DNA of 64,000 nucleotides from Candidatus Nanoarchaeia archaeon (GCA_041651575.1 JBAZJB010000001.1:546096-610095), one strand, 5' to 3'. Counted from the stretch's first letter, positions 40,284 to 50,404 are shown. The notes: a model not told the origin generated them from the letters alone. Program-made: numbers and translations.

Positions 40284-40326
40284 AAAAAGAAAAAGATTTG
40301 TTAATTTATAATGGTTTTGATTACAC

Positions 40327-41949
40327 CTAACCAAAATATTGATTTGCATATTTTGTTCTTATTCCGATATCTCTCTCGGGCTTAGCTGGATTTTCTATGT
40401 TTATCACAAACCAAGCCACCCATTCATTTCTAGTTTTTTGTTTTACTATTTCAGTGCCATAAAAAGTTTTTAAATAAAATACCATAAATTCAATTTGTTT
40501 ATTATAATCTAAAAGAGCATTTAATTTATCTTGACTATTTGCATTTTCTAGAGTATAATATTTTAAGAATTGTCTTCCCAAGGCGGTTTTTCCACAAATA
40601 TTATATTGCCATAATCCATAAGAACAATAGTTAGTTGAACCTATTGGACTAGGATCTCCCATATTATTATAAGAAAGAGCAGATTCTCCAACAGCATTTG
40701 CAACCATAGCTTCTGCTAAATTAATATTATTAAATCTAGCATTTATATCATCCCTTAATTGGTTTGCAGAAACATATAATAATTTTGGTTTTTTCACATT
40801 TATGGCCCCGCTACTTTGAGTTTGTGATGAACCTATTTGTGATTGTTCAATTGTAGAAGGAACATAAGTTGTTGAAGAAGCTTGTTGATTTTGTATAGCT
40901 GTAAGTGTTGGAGAATTTTCACAATTAGTACAACTAGGAGAAATTTCATAACCGGAATGAGGCAAATAATTTAATGGATCTCTTTCATAATTAGGTTTAC
41001 CAATATCTGCAGAAAAATCTTGAGATAAATAAACTTTAAAATCTAAATGAGGTCCTTCTGAAAATCCAGTATTTCCTGACAATCCAATAATATCTCCTTT
41101 CGTAACTTGTTGTCCTTCTGTAACTTTAATTTCGGATAAATGATCATATCTTGTGTATAAATTTTCATTGTGTTTAATTATAATATATCTACCATAGCCT
41201 CTGCAAAGTTCTTTATAATCAATATCCTCTTTACCACATATTTCTATTACTGTTCCATCTTCAACAGTTTTAATTTCTGTACCTATAGGAGTTGTAAAAT
41301 CTACACCATCATGCCAATCATTAGTTCTTTGACCATAAGCAGAAAAAATAATTGGATTAGCTAAAGGAAATATACTGAATATTGAAGAGGTAGAAAGAGT
41401 CTCTTCAACAGGTTTTTCTTTATATATAATTAAAACTCCATTTTCTTTTTTGAAATAAATTGTTTTAGAATCTTTGTTATTTTCTGCAGAAATGTAATTA
41501 TCTCCAAAACCAACAAAATCTATTTTTTGTATATTTTTTAAAATATCTACTAATTCTTTTTTTCCACAATAATAATTATCTGTACAATAATATCCCTCTC
41601 CTTTTTTCTCAACTTCACAAACACAAAGTTTAGATTTACCTAAAATTTCATTACTCATTTCAGTAGAAGTTATCTGTAAAGAAAGGTCTGCTTTAGAAGG
41701 ATAAAAACCAGCAAGAATGCACTCTTTATTTTCAAAATATACTATTGTCTCTTTTATTTTATTTTCTTCAAGAATATTTATATCATTTAAAAGAATATTT
41801 AAAGCACTTGTTGTTTGATCATCCATGCATGCTTGAAAAGGTATTGTTGTTTTGTATAAATTACAAGAAGTAGTAATAAAAAATAATAAGAGTATAAGTC
41901 CTAAAATTAATCCAACTGGAACCTCTTGAAAATTCAATCCTTTTTTCAT
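40327..41949 (-). CDS. Pilin-like protein fused to M23 peptidase and phage-tail-lysozyme-like domain
   Basis: MKKG plus TM; HDGVDF, YTRYDHL, GNTGFSEGPHLDF (M23); ANAVGES, SYGLWQ, QIEFM, ENPA, R..YA (lysozyme fold). Confidence 0.85.
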   Translation of the reverse strand: MKKGLNFQEVPVGLILGLILLLFFITTSCNLYKTTIPFQACMDDQTTSALNILLNDINILEENKIKETIVYFENKECILAGFYPSKADLSLQITSTEMSNEILGKSKLCVCEVEKKGEGYYCTDNYYCGKKELVDILKNIQKIDFVGFGDNYISAENNKDSKTIYFKKENGVLIIYKEKPVEETLSTSSIFSIFPLANPIIFSAYGQRTNDWHDGVDFTTPIGTEIKTVEDGTVIEICGKEDIDYKELCRGYGRYIIIKHNENLYTRYDHLSEIKVTEGQQVTKGDIIGLSGNTGFSEGPHLDFKVYLSQDFSADIGKPNYERDPLNYLPHSGYEISPSCTNCENSPTLTAIQNQQASSTTYVPSTIEQSQIGSSQTQSSGAINVKKPKLLYVSANQLRDDINARFNNINLAEAMVANAVGESALSYNNMGDPSPIGSTNYCSYGLWQYNICGKTALGRQFLKYYTLENANSQDKLNALLDYNKQIEFMVFYLKTFYGTEIVKQKTRNEWVAWFVINIENPAKPERDIGIRTKYANQYFG

Positions 41950-41950
41950 T

Positions 41951-42127
41951 TTAATTTTTTGGTATAGTATCTGCTGTTCCAATAATGTCTTTTACAATAT
42001 TTCCTAGTTTTAAAATTAATTTAGAAATATTTCCTCCAAAAAATATTATAACTATTGCTAAAACAATTAAAAAAAGAATTACAACAACTATAGTATTAAT
42101 TGGTAATTCCTGTGATTTTTTATTCAT
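41951..42127 (-). CDS. 58-aa short pilin, not in ORF track
   Basis: MNKKS/QELPINTIVVVILFLIVLAIVIIFFGG...; stop 1 nt before the next start. Confidence 0.8.
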   Translation of the reverse strand: MNKKSQELPINTIVVVILFLIVLAIVIIFFGGNISKLILKLGNIVKDIIGTADTIPKN

Positions 42128-42145
42128 TTTAAAAATAAAAAGGAA

Positions 42146-42505
42146 TTAACAAGCGCCTTCTGCTTCTATTACAGGACAACTCATTCCTAATTTCTTGCAA
42201 GTCAATCCTTTTTCATCAGATCCAATGTTTCCATTACCATTTAAGTCTACATTGAATTTTTGGTTACAGAAGTTATCTCTATAAGCAGTTATTGGATTGT
42301 TTTCGTACTGCATACAATAATTATTACATCTGTTTGTTGCTTCTGGAACATCTGTTAGTTGACTACCAAATAAAGCCTTTATTTTAGTAGTTAAACTTGC
42401 CATCCCACCTGTGAAAAATATTGCAACTATAACTAAAACTATAATTACTATGATAGTTATAATTATAACATCCATAGAAATTCCTTGTCCTCTCTTATTT
42501 TTCAT
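42146..42505 (-). CDS. Pilin (candidate major pilin)
   Basis: MKNKRG/QGISMDVIII plus TM; AGGTGA Shine-Dalgarno and own TATA-like element; 6 Cys. Confidence 0.8.
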   Translation of the reverse strand: MKNKRGQGISMDVIIITIIVIIVLVIVAIFFTGGMASLTTKIKALFGSQLTDVPEATNRCNNYCMQYENNPITAYRDNFCNQKFNVDLNGNGNIGSDEKGLTCKKLGMSCPVIEAEGAC

Positions 42506-42571
42506 TTAATCACCTAAATAAAGACAAAATATAAATATTTAAATGTTTTGATTACACAAAATCAATAAAAA

Positions 42572-43237
42572 TTAGGTACAATAAGGTAATCTACTTGTTG
42601 TAATATAGTTACTTAAATCCTCATCTGCGATAAATTCCCCTGATTGAGATCTACTTACAACAAAACAAATCTGATTATCTTTTTTATAAAAGATTATATT
42701 ATTATAAAAAAAGTAATATTTATCAAATAATCCAGAATCAGTATTTACATTTTCTCTATCTTCTAAGGCTCTTGTAACTTCGTAAGATAAAATAGCTGCA
42801 TTTCCTTTTAAATCTTTTATAGTGCCTTTTTTATCTATATCATAAGATTCTAGATAACAATTCATCGTTTTTCCAGTAAAAAGATTTTTTCCATTTACAA
42901 CAGAACTTTCTAATTGTTCCCATTGACTTCCTTTTCTTTTTTCTAGAGAAAGTATTCCTTTAGTTACAACAATTCTATAATTTATAGAAAAACTCGGGCC
43001 TACAATTTTACAAACACAATCACTATTTTTAGAATCAAAACAAGTTTTATAATTATTTTTTAAAACTGAAAAATCACTTATAACTTGGGAATCTGTTTTT
43101 GAATCTCCCCCAAGAATTTTATCATAAGCCGTTGTTAATTTGTTAATTAAATTAATAGGACCAAGTAAGCTAACACCTACGATTAAAAGTAATAAAAATC
43201 CCGCCATTATTGTTTTTAGAGTAAAACTCGTTGCCAT
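42572..43237 (-). CDS. Pilin-like membrane-anchored protein
   Basis: N-terminal TM, C..CxC head; coupled to the upstream micro-pilin. Confidence 0.65.
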   Translation of the reverse strand: MATSFTLKTIMAGFLLLLIVGVSLLGPINLINKLTTAYDKILGGDSKTDSQVISDFSVLKNNYKTCFDSKNSDCVCKIVGPSFSINYRIVVTKGILSLEKRKGSQWEQLESSVVNGKNLFTGKTMNCYLESYDIDKKGTIKDLKGNAAILSYEVTRALEDRENVNTDSGLFDKYYFFYNNIIFYKKDNQICFVVSRSQSGEFIADEDLSNYITTSRLPYCT

Positions 43238-43238
43238 T

Positions 43239-43391
43239 TTATCCAAACCCTAATTTTGTAAATATCATTTCAATTATATTATATATTTTTTCTTTTCCCA
43301 TCCAAACCAAACCCAATAAAATAAAAAAAATTATTAAGGCTAAAACTAATTTTACTAATTCAGATACTTCAATTTCTCCTTTTTTGTTCAT
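43239..43391 (-). CDS. 50-aa short pilin, not in ORF track
   Basis: MNKKG/EIEVSELVKLVLALIIFFILLGLVW...; ATGA overlap with the upstream stop. Confidence 0.78.
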   Translation of the reverse strand: MNKKGEIEVSELVKLVLALIIFFILLGLVWMGKEKIYNIIEMIFTKLGFG

Positions 43392-44212
43392 TGACATATT
43401 TTTTTAACCTCTTCAGAATTAAAAATAAATACTCCTTGATAAGCTTTTTCATGGTATATTGTTGTTCCAATAGCTGTAGGTATTGCTGCCATAAAACCTC
43501 CCAAAATAGCTCCGGGTCCTGACCATGAAGTTGCTGCTGTTCCAGCAACAAAACCAGCAACAAAAGCTTCACCTAAAAATATTAATCCTTCTTTATTTGT
43601 TAATTGTTCCCAACCAGGATTAAGTTTTGCTATGTAATAAATATAAACAGGTTTATTCAAAGGAACTTTATCTAAGTTTCCAAGATCTTTTATATTTAAA
43701 TCTTGAGAAATTGGATTTTTTGAACTAGTAAAATATTGTAAATAAGTTTGGTCTCCTGCAGGAATTTTTGTATCTTTCAAATAATCCCATAAATTTACTT
43801 GTCCATTTGTTAAATCTTCAGAAAAATCAATTTTTGAACATAAAAAACAATTAAGACCATAACGATTAAAACTAAATTTTTTTAAGAAGTTTATTTTTCC
43901 TTCCCCAAATTGATACCAACAATTATACATTTCAGTAGCAATCGTCTTTTCTACTTTATGTGGAGTAGATATTTTATCTATAAACACTGGATTTGATTTA
44001 CAAAATAAAGGAGTATTCATAAATTGCCCAACACCTACACTATTTAATCTTGCCTTAAACTCTACGCTTATTTTACATAATGCCACATTGGAAACTGAAA
44101 AAAGTCTTGGTCCTAAAGTTACAGTTAAAACAAGAATTAAAATAACTGTTGCCATTAAAAGCACGGCTAATTTTACTACAGTTTCATGAGTCATCCCTTT
44201 TTTATTCAACAT
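43388..44212 (-). CDS. Pilin-like protein with C-terminal Gly/Ala-rich hydrophobic hairpin
   Basis: NKKG plus TM, CKxS, EMYNCWYQFGEG, CFLCS; AFVAGFVAG...GAILGGFMA. Confidence 0.72.
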   Translation of the reverse strand: MLNKKGMTHETVVKLAVLLMATVILILVLTVTLGPRLFSVSNVALCKISVEFKARLNSVGVGQFMNTPLFCKSNPVFIDKISTPHKVEKTIATEMYNCWYQFGEGKINFLKKFSFNRYGLNCFLCSKIDFSEDLTNGQVNLWDYLKDTKIPAGDQTYLQYFTSSKNPISQDLNIKDLGNLDKVPLNKPVYIYYIAKLNPGWEQLTNKEGLIFLGEAFVAGFVAGTAATSWSGPGAILGGFMAAIPTAIGTTIYHEKAYQGVFIFNSEEVKKICQ

Positions 44213-44331
44213 TAATTTCCCCCCAAAAAAAGAGTAGATATATCTGTTTTATACATCATCAATATTATTATTCCTGCTATAACTATTAAAAACACTAATA
44301 AAAATATTAAAAATAATAAAGTATCATTCAT
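44212..44331 (-). CDS. 39-aa single-TM protein, not in ORF track
   Basis: MNDTLLFLIFLLVFLIVIAGIIILMMYK...; TAATG coupling to the next gene. Confidence 0.6.
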   Translation of the reverse strand: MNDTLLFLIFLLVFLIVIAGIIILMMYKTDISTLFLGGN

Positions 44332-44365
44332 AATTATTCATAAGTTTATTAATATATAAACTTTG

Positions 44366-46555
44366 TTAACCTCCAGAGGTTATTGAACTTGCTATTGCTG
44401 AACTAGATAATATTGTTGAAGATAATAAATTAAATATTAAAATAACTATCAAAGCCAATATGAAGTATAGCATAGTCCCTCTTAACAAATTTTTACCTAG
44501 CAAATATTTTTCATTTAATTTATCTGGACCATTTTCAATACCATTTGCTAATATTGTTAAAATAAATATAACTTCTACAACATAAACACCAACAACTAAT
44601 TGGAAATAAAATGAAGGAATTATATCTTGTACTTTAAATAAATTAGCAACCATAGCAATATTTCCACCCATAGTTTCTTGTGTAGCACCTGCACCGACTT
44701 TAGTAAACAATTTTTCCATGTTTACAATTATTCCAGTAATCATAGATCCAATACCGACAACAATTCCAGCTATAACTGGGGCCATAAAAGAAATTTGAGA
44801 TTTCATAGAAGAAACTATTTCTGTTAATAAATCTTTTAATCTTTCATTTACTCTATGGATTTCATCAACGTAATTTGAAATGCTAATCAAAGATCTTGCA
44901 GCAACTCTTGGACCTTTTTTAACACTCTCTAATAAAACCTCCATAGAAGATTGAACTAATGTTGAAGGATAAGATAAAATTGCTCCTGTTTTTTCATTGA
45001 AAATTGCTTCTTTTAAATTCATTCCTAAATTTCTTATATTAACGCTTACTATTCTGAAAAAATCTCCTGTTGGAGTATTAGACATATTTTGTGCTACTGT
45101 ACCTACTGCCAATTCTGCAGGAATTCCATCTTCAAGTCTATTTCCTAATTGGAATAATGAAGAAGCAAATTCTTTTTCAAGAGATTTAGTTTCTTCTCTC
45201 ATTTTAACTAAATCTTTTGCTTGATTTTTATAATAAATTGATAAACCAAATGCTAATCCTAATGGGAAAAATAAACTCATTAATGCTGCACCTAAACCAA
45301 ATGGCCCACAAGCACCATCGCATCTATAATCCAAAACATTTCCCATTTTTTCTGTAATTAAATAATCTTGTTCTGGAGAAATATAATGTAAAAACAAAGG
45401 TAATATTCCTATAAAACAGAATAAAATTATAATAATTGCTGGAAAGAATTTTGATTTTTTTTCTTTCAACATATCTTGTTCTATTGAAGATTCTCCATAA
45501 CCTGTAGGTCTTTTACTAAGAATATCATAACCAAAAGTAAATACTGCTAAAGGCAATATAATGTTGTAAAGTAAAGCTAGATGATACCATTTTACTATTC
45601 CTCCCATAAAAGAAGAAACTAATGGAAATATCACCAGCCCTAAAATTGGTAAAATTACCCCAAGCATATGTAACATTGTAATTGGATTTTTTAATTCTTG
45701 AGCATAATGCAACATTTTTTCATAAGTTCCGTTTAACATTACTTCAAGAGCTTTGTCAAGTAATTGTATTCTTCTTTCTTCAGAAGGTTCTAATAAAGAA
45801 GATTCAATTAAATGGAATGAATTTACAAATTCTAAATTATAATCTCTCCAATTTTCTAAATAAGAATTTAAAGATTCTTTTATTGTAGAATATCTTCCTG
45901 TTTCAATATCCCAAAAAACTTTTCTAAAATCTAAAGATAATGGTGACCCTATATGTTCTGTTGCGAATTTAATTGCGTGTTCCAAATTTGAAGTATGACG
46001 CATGTACATAACAATATATAAAACACAAAGAACCATTTGATTAGAAGCTTTTAATCTCCATCTATTTGCAAGATAAATTGGAGCATTTGATAAGGGTTTT
46101 AAAATAACTGCGGCAAATATAATTAATATCAATGGAAAAAATACCATTGTTGTTCCTGCTTCTTCAGATAATCCTGTTTCTTCATCAATGGCTCCTTCTG
46201 AAGGATTTGATAATAAATAAGAACCTGCCATTAAAGTAATTGCAAACAATACAAGAATTATTGCAGCCAAAACAGCCAAACTTGTTGCACCATTTGGACT
46301 AATGTTTAAATGAGTTGTTTCTATTGCTTTTTCTAATTTTGGTCTAGTTTCTTCATTAGGTTTTATTGTAATTATTTTTTCTGCAATATTACATAAAGAC
46401 TCGTATCTAGAAGAAGTTTTTGGCATTAATTCCGCTCTAAATTCTTGGTATTCATGAGAAAATTTTATAGGAGTATCAACATCTTCTGTTTCTATTTTTC
46501 CTTTTAATAATTCTTCATATCTTTCAATTATCTTTTCTGTTTCTTTATCCGCTAT
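44366..46555 (-). CDS. Type IV pilus membrane platform protein (TadC/ArlJ/PilC-like); probable ATA start
   Basis: Two T2SS-F-like repeats with multiple TMs next to the ATPase; frame open 43 codons upstream of the first ATG to an ATA after GAGGTG. Confidence 0.85.
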   Translation of the reverse strand: MADKETEKIIERYEELLKGKIETEDVDTPIKFSHEYQEFRAELMPKTSSRYESLCNIAEKIITIKPNEETRPKLEKAIETTHLNISPNGATSLAVLAAIILVLFAITLMAGSYLLSNPSEGAIDEETGLSEEAGTTMVFFPLILIIFAAVILKPLSNAPIYLANRWRLKASNQMVLCVLYIVMYMRHTSNLEHAIKFATEHIGSPLSLDFRKVFWDIETGRYSTIKESLNSYLENWRDYNLEFVNSFHLIESSLLEPSEERRIQLLDKALEVMLNGTYEKMLHYAQELKNPITMLHMLGVILPILGLVIFPLVSSFMGGIVKWYHLALLYNIILPLAVFTFGYDILSKRPTGYGESSIEQDMLKEKKSKFFPAIIIILFCFIGILPLFLHYISPEQDYLITEKMGNVLDYRCDGACGPFGLGAALMSLFFPLGLAFGLSIYYKNQAKDLVKMREETKSLEKEFASSLFQLGNRLEDGIPAELAVGTVAQNMSNTPTGDFFRIVSVNIRNLGMNLKEAIFNEKTGAILSYPSTLVQSSMEVLLESVKKGPRVAARSLISISNYVDEIHRVNERLKDLLTEIVSSMKSQISFMAPVIAGIVVGIGSMITGIIVNMEKLFTKVGAGATQETMGGNIAMVANLFKVQDIIPSFYFQLVVGVYVVEVIFILTILANGIENGPDKLNEKYLLGKNLLRGTMLYFILALIVILIFNLLSSTILSSSAIASSITSGG

Positions 46556-46566
46556 ACTCCCACCTC

Positions 46567-48873
46567 TTATATCTCAGACTTTTCAAATGTTTTTTGTTTA
46601 ATATACTTTTTCAATTCATCTTCCCATCTAAAAAATATTTTTTTATCATCTAATTTTCCAGTTTCTGTTCTTACGTCGCTTGAAATCTTATGAAATATAT
46701 CATTAAATAAAACTACTGTTTCTGATTCTAATAAATCAGGCATATTGGTTATTTTAGAATATTTGACTAAGGTTTCTTTTAATTTTGCTCTTAATAAAAT
46801 ATTATTCCACACCGCATCCCAATTGCCTGCCCATTCTTTTATGTTTCCAGCTATTGCTTTTACAATTTCAGATTCTCCATTTATCAAAGCATCTGTTGGT
46901 TGCAAAGAATCTGTTTTTGAATCATATTTCATTAAATCTACAAATCCATTTTCTTTTAGAGGATCATCTTCCCATTCTTTTCTTACTTCAGTAATTTGAG
47001 TTATTCTTCTCCATTTATGCATTCCATCTGGGCTCCTTATTGGATTACAAATAATTATTATATCTGTAGCTTTGAAACTAGTTCTAGGAACTTTTAAATC
47101 ATTTACAACTCTATCAAAAACACCATAAGGACTATCTCCATGAATTGTTCCTGCTACAACATTAGCAAGAGCACCGACACGCATTGCTTCATACAAAGCT
47201 AAAGCTTCTGTGCTTCTAATTTCTCCAACTATCAAAGAAGAATCTCCCATTCTTAATGAAGTTCTTATACCTTCATCTGCTGCAATTTCAGAAGATTTTC
47301 CCATTAAAGCAGCTCTAACTTTCATAGGTTGAATATTATATCCTAAATCTCTTAATTTATCTGTGCTCAATTCAAAAGTATCTTCAACAGTAATTATTCT
47401 AAATTTTCTCATTATTTCTAATAAACAAGAATCTAAAAAACTAGTTTTACCAGAACCTCTTGTACCTGCAACTATCATTGTCCTTGCTCCATCAATTAAA
47501 AAACTAATTAAACCAGCTGCCAAAGGAGATAACATTCTATTTTCAATATACAAAGGTAAAGTCCAAGGCTTATCTCTGTGTCTTCTTAATGAAAATGCTA
47601 GACCAGATGGATTTAAAGGTCTAGTAATTATTGCTACTCTGTTTCTTGAATTTGGAAGAGTTAATTCTGTATCTAAAACAGGATTTGCTTCATCCAAAGG
47701 TCTTCCAGATAATAATCTAAATTTAGTTGCCCAACCTTCTCCATCATCTAAACTAGGATAAATATTTGTAACACATTCATCATAATCTGAATGAACGATA
47801 AAAATTGGAGTTTGTCCTATAGGCCCATTAATAGAAATATCTTGAACTTTTTTATCATTCAATAAAATTTCTATTAATCCAAATCCTACAGTATATCTAA
47901 CTAAAATATCTGCAAGCTCTTCTATTTCATTATAAGAAATCTCTATTCCTCTATGAGTCGCTAATTCAGTAAGTAAATCTTTTCCTATATTGAAAAAAGT
48001 TTTTCTTATTCTTTCTGGATCTACGAATTCTTCTGCTTTTGGTTTGTGTTCTGACAAAACAGATTTTGCTAAAGTTAATAACATATATTTATCTTCAGAA
48101 ATTTTAAATTCTGGAGGTTCTAAATGATATAATAATTTTATATCTCCAGGAGTTCTAAAAATTGTTACATTTGTTTTTGCATCCACAGAATAAGCATCTA
48201 TTTCTTCTCCATTCAAAGGAGGATCTGCCATTAATCTTGTATACATAAAATCAGGAGTGATAACTGCTCTGAAAATTTTTCTATAAACATCTCTCGTACC
48301 TACTTGATATCCATCAATGTAAGGTTTTGCCATTGCAATTAATTTTGTTTTGTCTAAAAAATTCTTTACTAAATTCAGTAAATTCATATAATGTTGTCTA
48401 CATTCCGAACATTTTGGAATAGTTGTTTTTCCTTGTAAAATTGTTTCTTCTCTAACTAACCTTTTTAATTCTACGTAAGCACCTATTGGATCTGATCTTA
48501 ATAAATTAAGAATAATATACTGAACTTGGGATAATCTTTCAGGCAAGCAAGTTGTACATTCTAAACTAGTTCCCATCGCACCTAAAGATAATATTTTTTT
48601 CTGTTTTAAAAAATAATTATGTATTGTAGCAATTTCTAATAACATTGAAGTATTATCAAAACTATATTCGTAATTTTTTCCATATTGAGAAAAAACAATT
48701 TTGTGCACGCTAGGATTTTGCATTAAATATTCTATTGTTTTAGACATACAAATATCACTATCTTCAATTGAAGGAGAAAAAGGATAATTATTATAATTCA
48801 TCCATATAATTTCTTCATTACCTTCTTTTATTACTTCGTAATCACCTGGTTTTGTTTTCTTGCTAAATAACAT
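46567..48873 (-). CDS. Type II/IV secretion (pilus assembly) ATPase, ArlI/TadA-like
   Basis: Walker A GTRGSGKT, TVEDTFEL, LRMGD..IVGEIR, GTIHG. Confidence 0.95.
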   Translation of the reverse strand: MLFSKKTKPGDYEVIKEGNEEIIWMNYNNYPFSPSIEDSDICMSKTIEYLMQNPSVHKIVFSQYGKNYEYSFDNTSMLLEIATIHNYFLKQKKILSLGAMGTSLECTTCLPERLSQVQYIILNLLRSDPIGAYVELKRLVREETILQGKTTIPKCSECRQHYMNLLNLVKNFLDKTKLIAMAKPYIDGYQVGTRDVYRKIFRAVITPDFMYTRLMADPPLNGEEIDAYSVDAKTNVTIFRTPGDIKLLYHLEPPEFKISEDKYMLLTLAKSVLSEHKPKAEEFVDPERIRKTFFNIGKDLLTELATHRGIEISYNEIEELADILVRYTVGFGLIEILLNDKKVQDISINGPIGQTPIFIVHSDYDECVTNIYPSLDDGEGWATKFRLLSGRPLDEANPVLDTELTLPNSRNRVAIITRPLNPSGLAFSLRRHRDKPWTLPLYIENRMLSPLAAGLISFLIDGARTMIVAGTRGSGKTSFLDSCLLEIMRKFRIITVEDTFELSTDKLRDLGYNIQPMKVRAALMGKSSEIAADEGIRTSLRMGDSSLIVGEIRSTEALALYEAMRVGALANVVAGTIHGDSPYGVFDRVVNDLKVPRTSFKATDIIIICNPIRSPDGMHKWRRITQITEVRKEWEDDPLKENGFVDLMKYDSKTDSLQPTDALINGESEIVKAIAGNIKEWAGNWDAVWNNILLRAKLKETLVKYSKITNMPDLLESETVVLFNDIFHKISSDVRTETGKLDDKKIFFRWEDELKKYIKQKTFEKSEI

Positions 48874-48946
48874 TTTATCTATAAATACATTTATATAGGG
48901 GTTTATATACTTTAATAAATATAACTATTAAAACTTTCGATTTAAA

Positions 48947-49300
48947 ATGCCTGAGGTGACCATAACAGCAGAAAATGTTCTAGCAGATTTAAATGCTAGA
49001 ATAAGAGTTCTAGAAGAAAAGCAGAACATTTTAAGAGAGAAATTACTTGTAGTTAATCAAAATATGCTAGAAGAATATAAAAGGCTTATACAAGAAATAA
49101 AGATTATAAACACCGATTTAAGAGATTTAAAAGAAGATTTATCAAATAATAAAGAAATGATGAGGCATTTTATAAAAGAAATGGAAAATTTCGCTAGAAA
49201 AGAAAATTTATTAATTTTAGAAAAGTATATTAAGTTGTGGGACCCTATGAAATTTGTAACTGAAGAAGAGGTTATAAAACTAGTAAAAGAAAAGAGGTAA
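48947..49300 (+). CDS. Coiled-coil hypothetical protein
   Basis: Heptads; LEKYIxLWDPMKFVT tail; divergent from the ATPase. Confidence 0.75.
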   Translation: MPEVTITAENVLADLNARIRVLEEKQNILREKLLVVNQNMLEEYKRLIQEIKIINTDLRDLKEDLSNNKEMMRHFIKEMENFARKENLLILEKYIKLWDPMKFVTEEEVIKLVKEKR

Positions 49301-49303
49301 ATA

Positions 49304-49876
49304 ATGGCAAACGAATTCAGGGACATAAAAGAAGGTGTAGCAAGAAGTTCTGATAATCCTGGAATTAGTGGAATGCAACCATCTATGTTACCTAAAGAAG
49401 AAATTACAATGGCTGAAGAAGAAGCACCTTCTGCAGAACCAGAACTTCCAGAAGAAGAAGTTGAACAACCTATTGAAGAAGATATTCCAAATACTCCTTT
49501 GATACCTACAACCTCTGTTCCAATGGTTGAACAACCAAGAAGAGATTTCCAAGAACAAATAGAAGAAATTACAGAAGCAGTAGTTAATGAAAAATGGGAA
49601 GAGTTAATGACCAATGTTGGAAATATTGCCATATGGAGAGAAAAAATTAATACAGATGTAAGATCAATAAAACAAGAAATAATAAGAATTGAAGAAAGAT
49701 TTGGAAGTTTACAAAATGCAGTCATTGGAAAAGTAGAAGATTATCATCAAACTATGACAAATGTTGGAGCAGAAATGAAAGCTCTTGAAAAAGTTCTTGA
49801 AAGAATAATGCAACCTTTAGCAACAAACATCAGAGAATTAAATAAAATAACAGAAGATTTAAAGAAGAAAAAATAA
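49304..49876 (+). CDS. Acidic/Pro-rich plus coiled-coil hypothetical protein
   Basis: IEEITEAVVNEKW, EMKALEKV; GAGGT Shine-Dalgarno. Confidence 0.78.
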   Translation: MANEFRDIKEGVARSSDNPGISGMQPSMLPKEEITMAEEEAPSAEPELPEEEVEQPIEEDIPNTPLIPTTSVPMVEQPRRDFQEQIEEITEAVVNEKWEELMTNVGNIAIWREKINTDVRSIKQEIIRIEERFGSLQNAVIGKVEDYHQTMTNVGAEMKALEKVLERIMQPLATNIRELNKITEDLKKKK

Positions 49877-50401
49877 TTATTTACTTCCTATTTGATGTCC
49901 GACAAATCTTACAGTTAAAGAAGCAATTATTAATAAAAATATAGCTCCAAGGGTTCTTGGGTGAAATAATGTTCTTAAGGTTTCAGAACCGATAGTTTTA
50001 GTTGTATTTCCTACAGTTTGATAAGGAGTAAAAACATCTCCAAATACTTGGGTTAATCCAATTAATAAAATTAAAAAAGCAATTATCATTACTGTCCATA
50101 CACTCAAATTATTCCAAATATCTTGTTCTTTTATTCCAAAGTGCATTAACACTCCAAATAATAAAATTAAAAATATTGCAATGAAAACAAACCAAGGAAT
50201 AACATAATTAATTAAATCAACTATTGAAGCAGTAAATAAAGTTATCATAGCGACAGAAAATGCAGCTATAAATTTTAATGCATTATTTTCTCCAAGGATT
50301 TTTGTTTTATCCAATAAAGCATACAATCCTGCAAATATAAACAAGAAAGTAAAAATTGGTAAAAAATAATTCAATAATCCCATATCCATTAAGGTTGCCA
50401 T
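49877..50401 (-). CDS. Membrane protein, paralog 3 of tandem trio
   Basis: FLFIFAGLYALLDKTKILG motif. Confidence 0.75.
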   Translation of the reverse strand: MATLMDMGLLNYFLPIFTFLFIFAGLYALLDKTKILGENNALKFIAAFSVAMITLFTASIVDLINYVIPWFVFIAIFLILLFGVLMHFGIKEQDIWNNLSVWTVMIIAFLILLIGLTQVFGDVFTPYQTVGNTTKTIGSETLRTLFHPRTLGAIFLLIIASLTVRFVGHQIGSK

Positions 50402-50404
50402 TTT

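Noticed and set aside
44366..48873. Archaellum motor
   Set aside because: No archaellin-like or ArlH/F/G genes visible; context fits a pilus.
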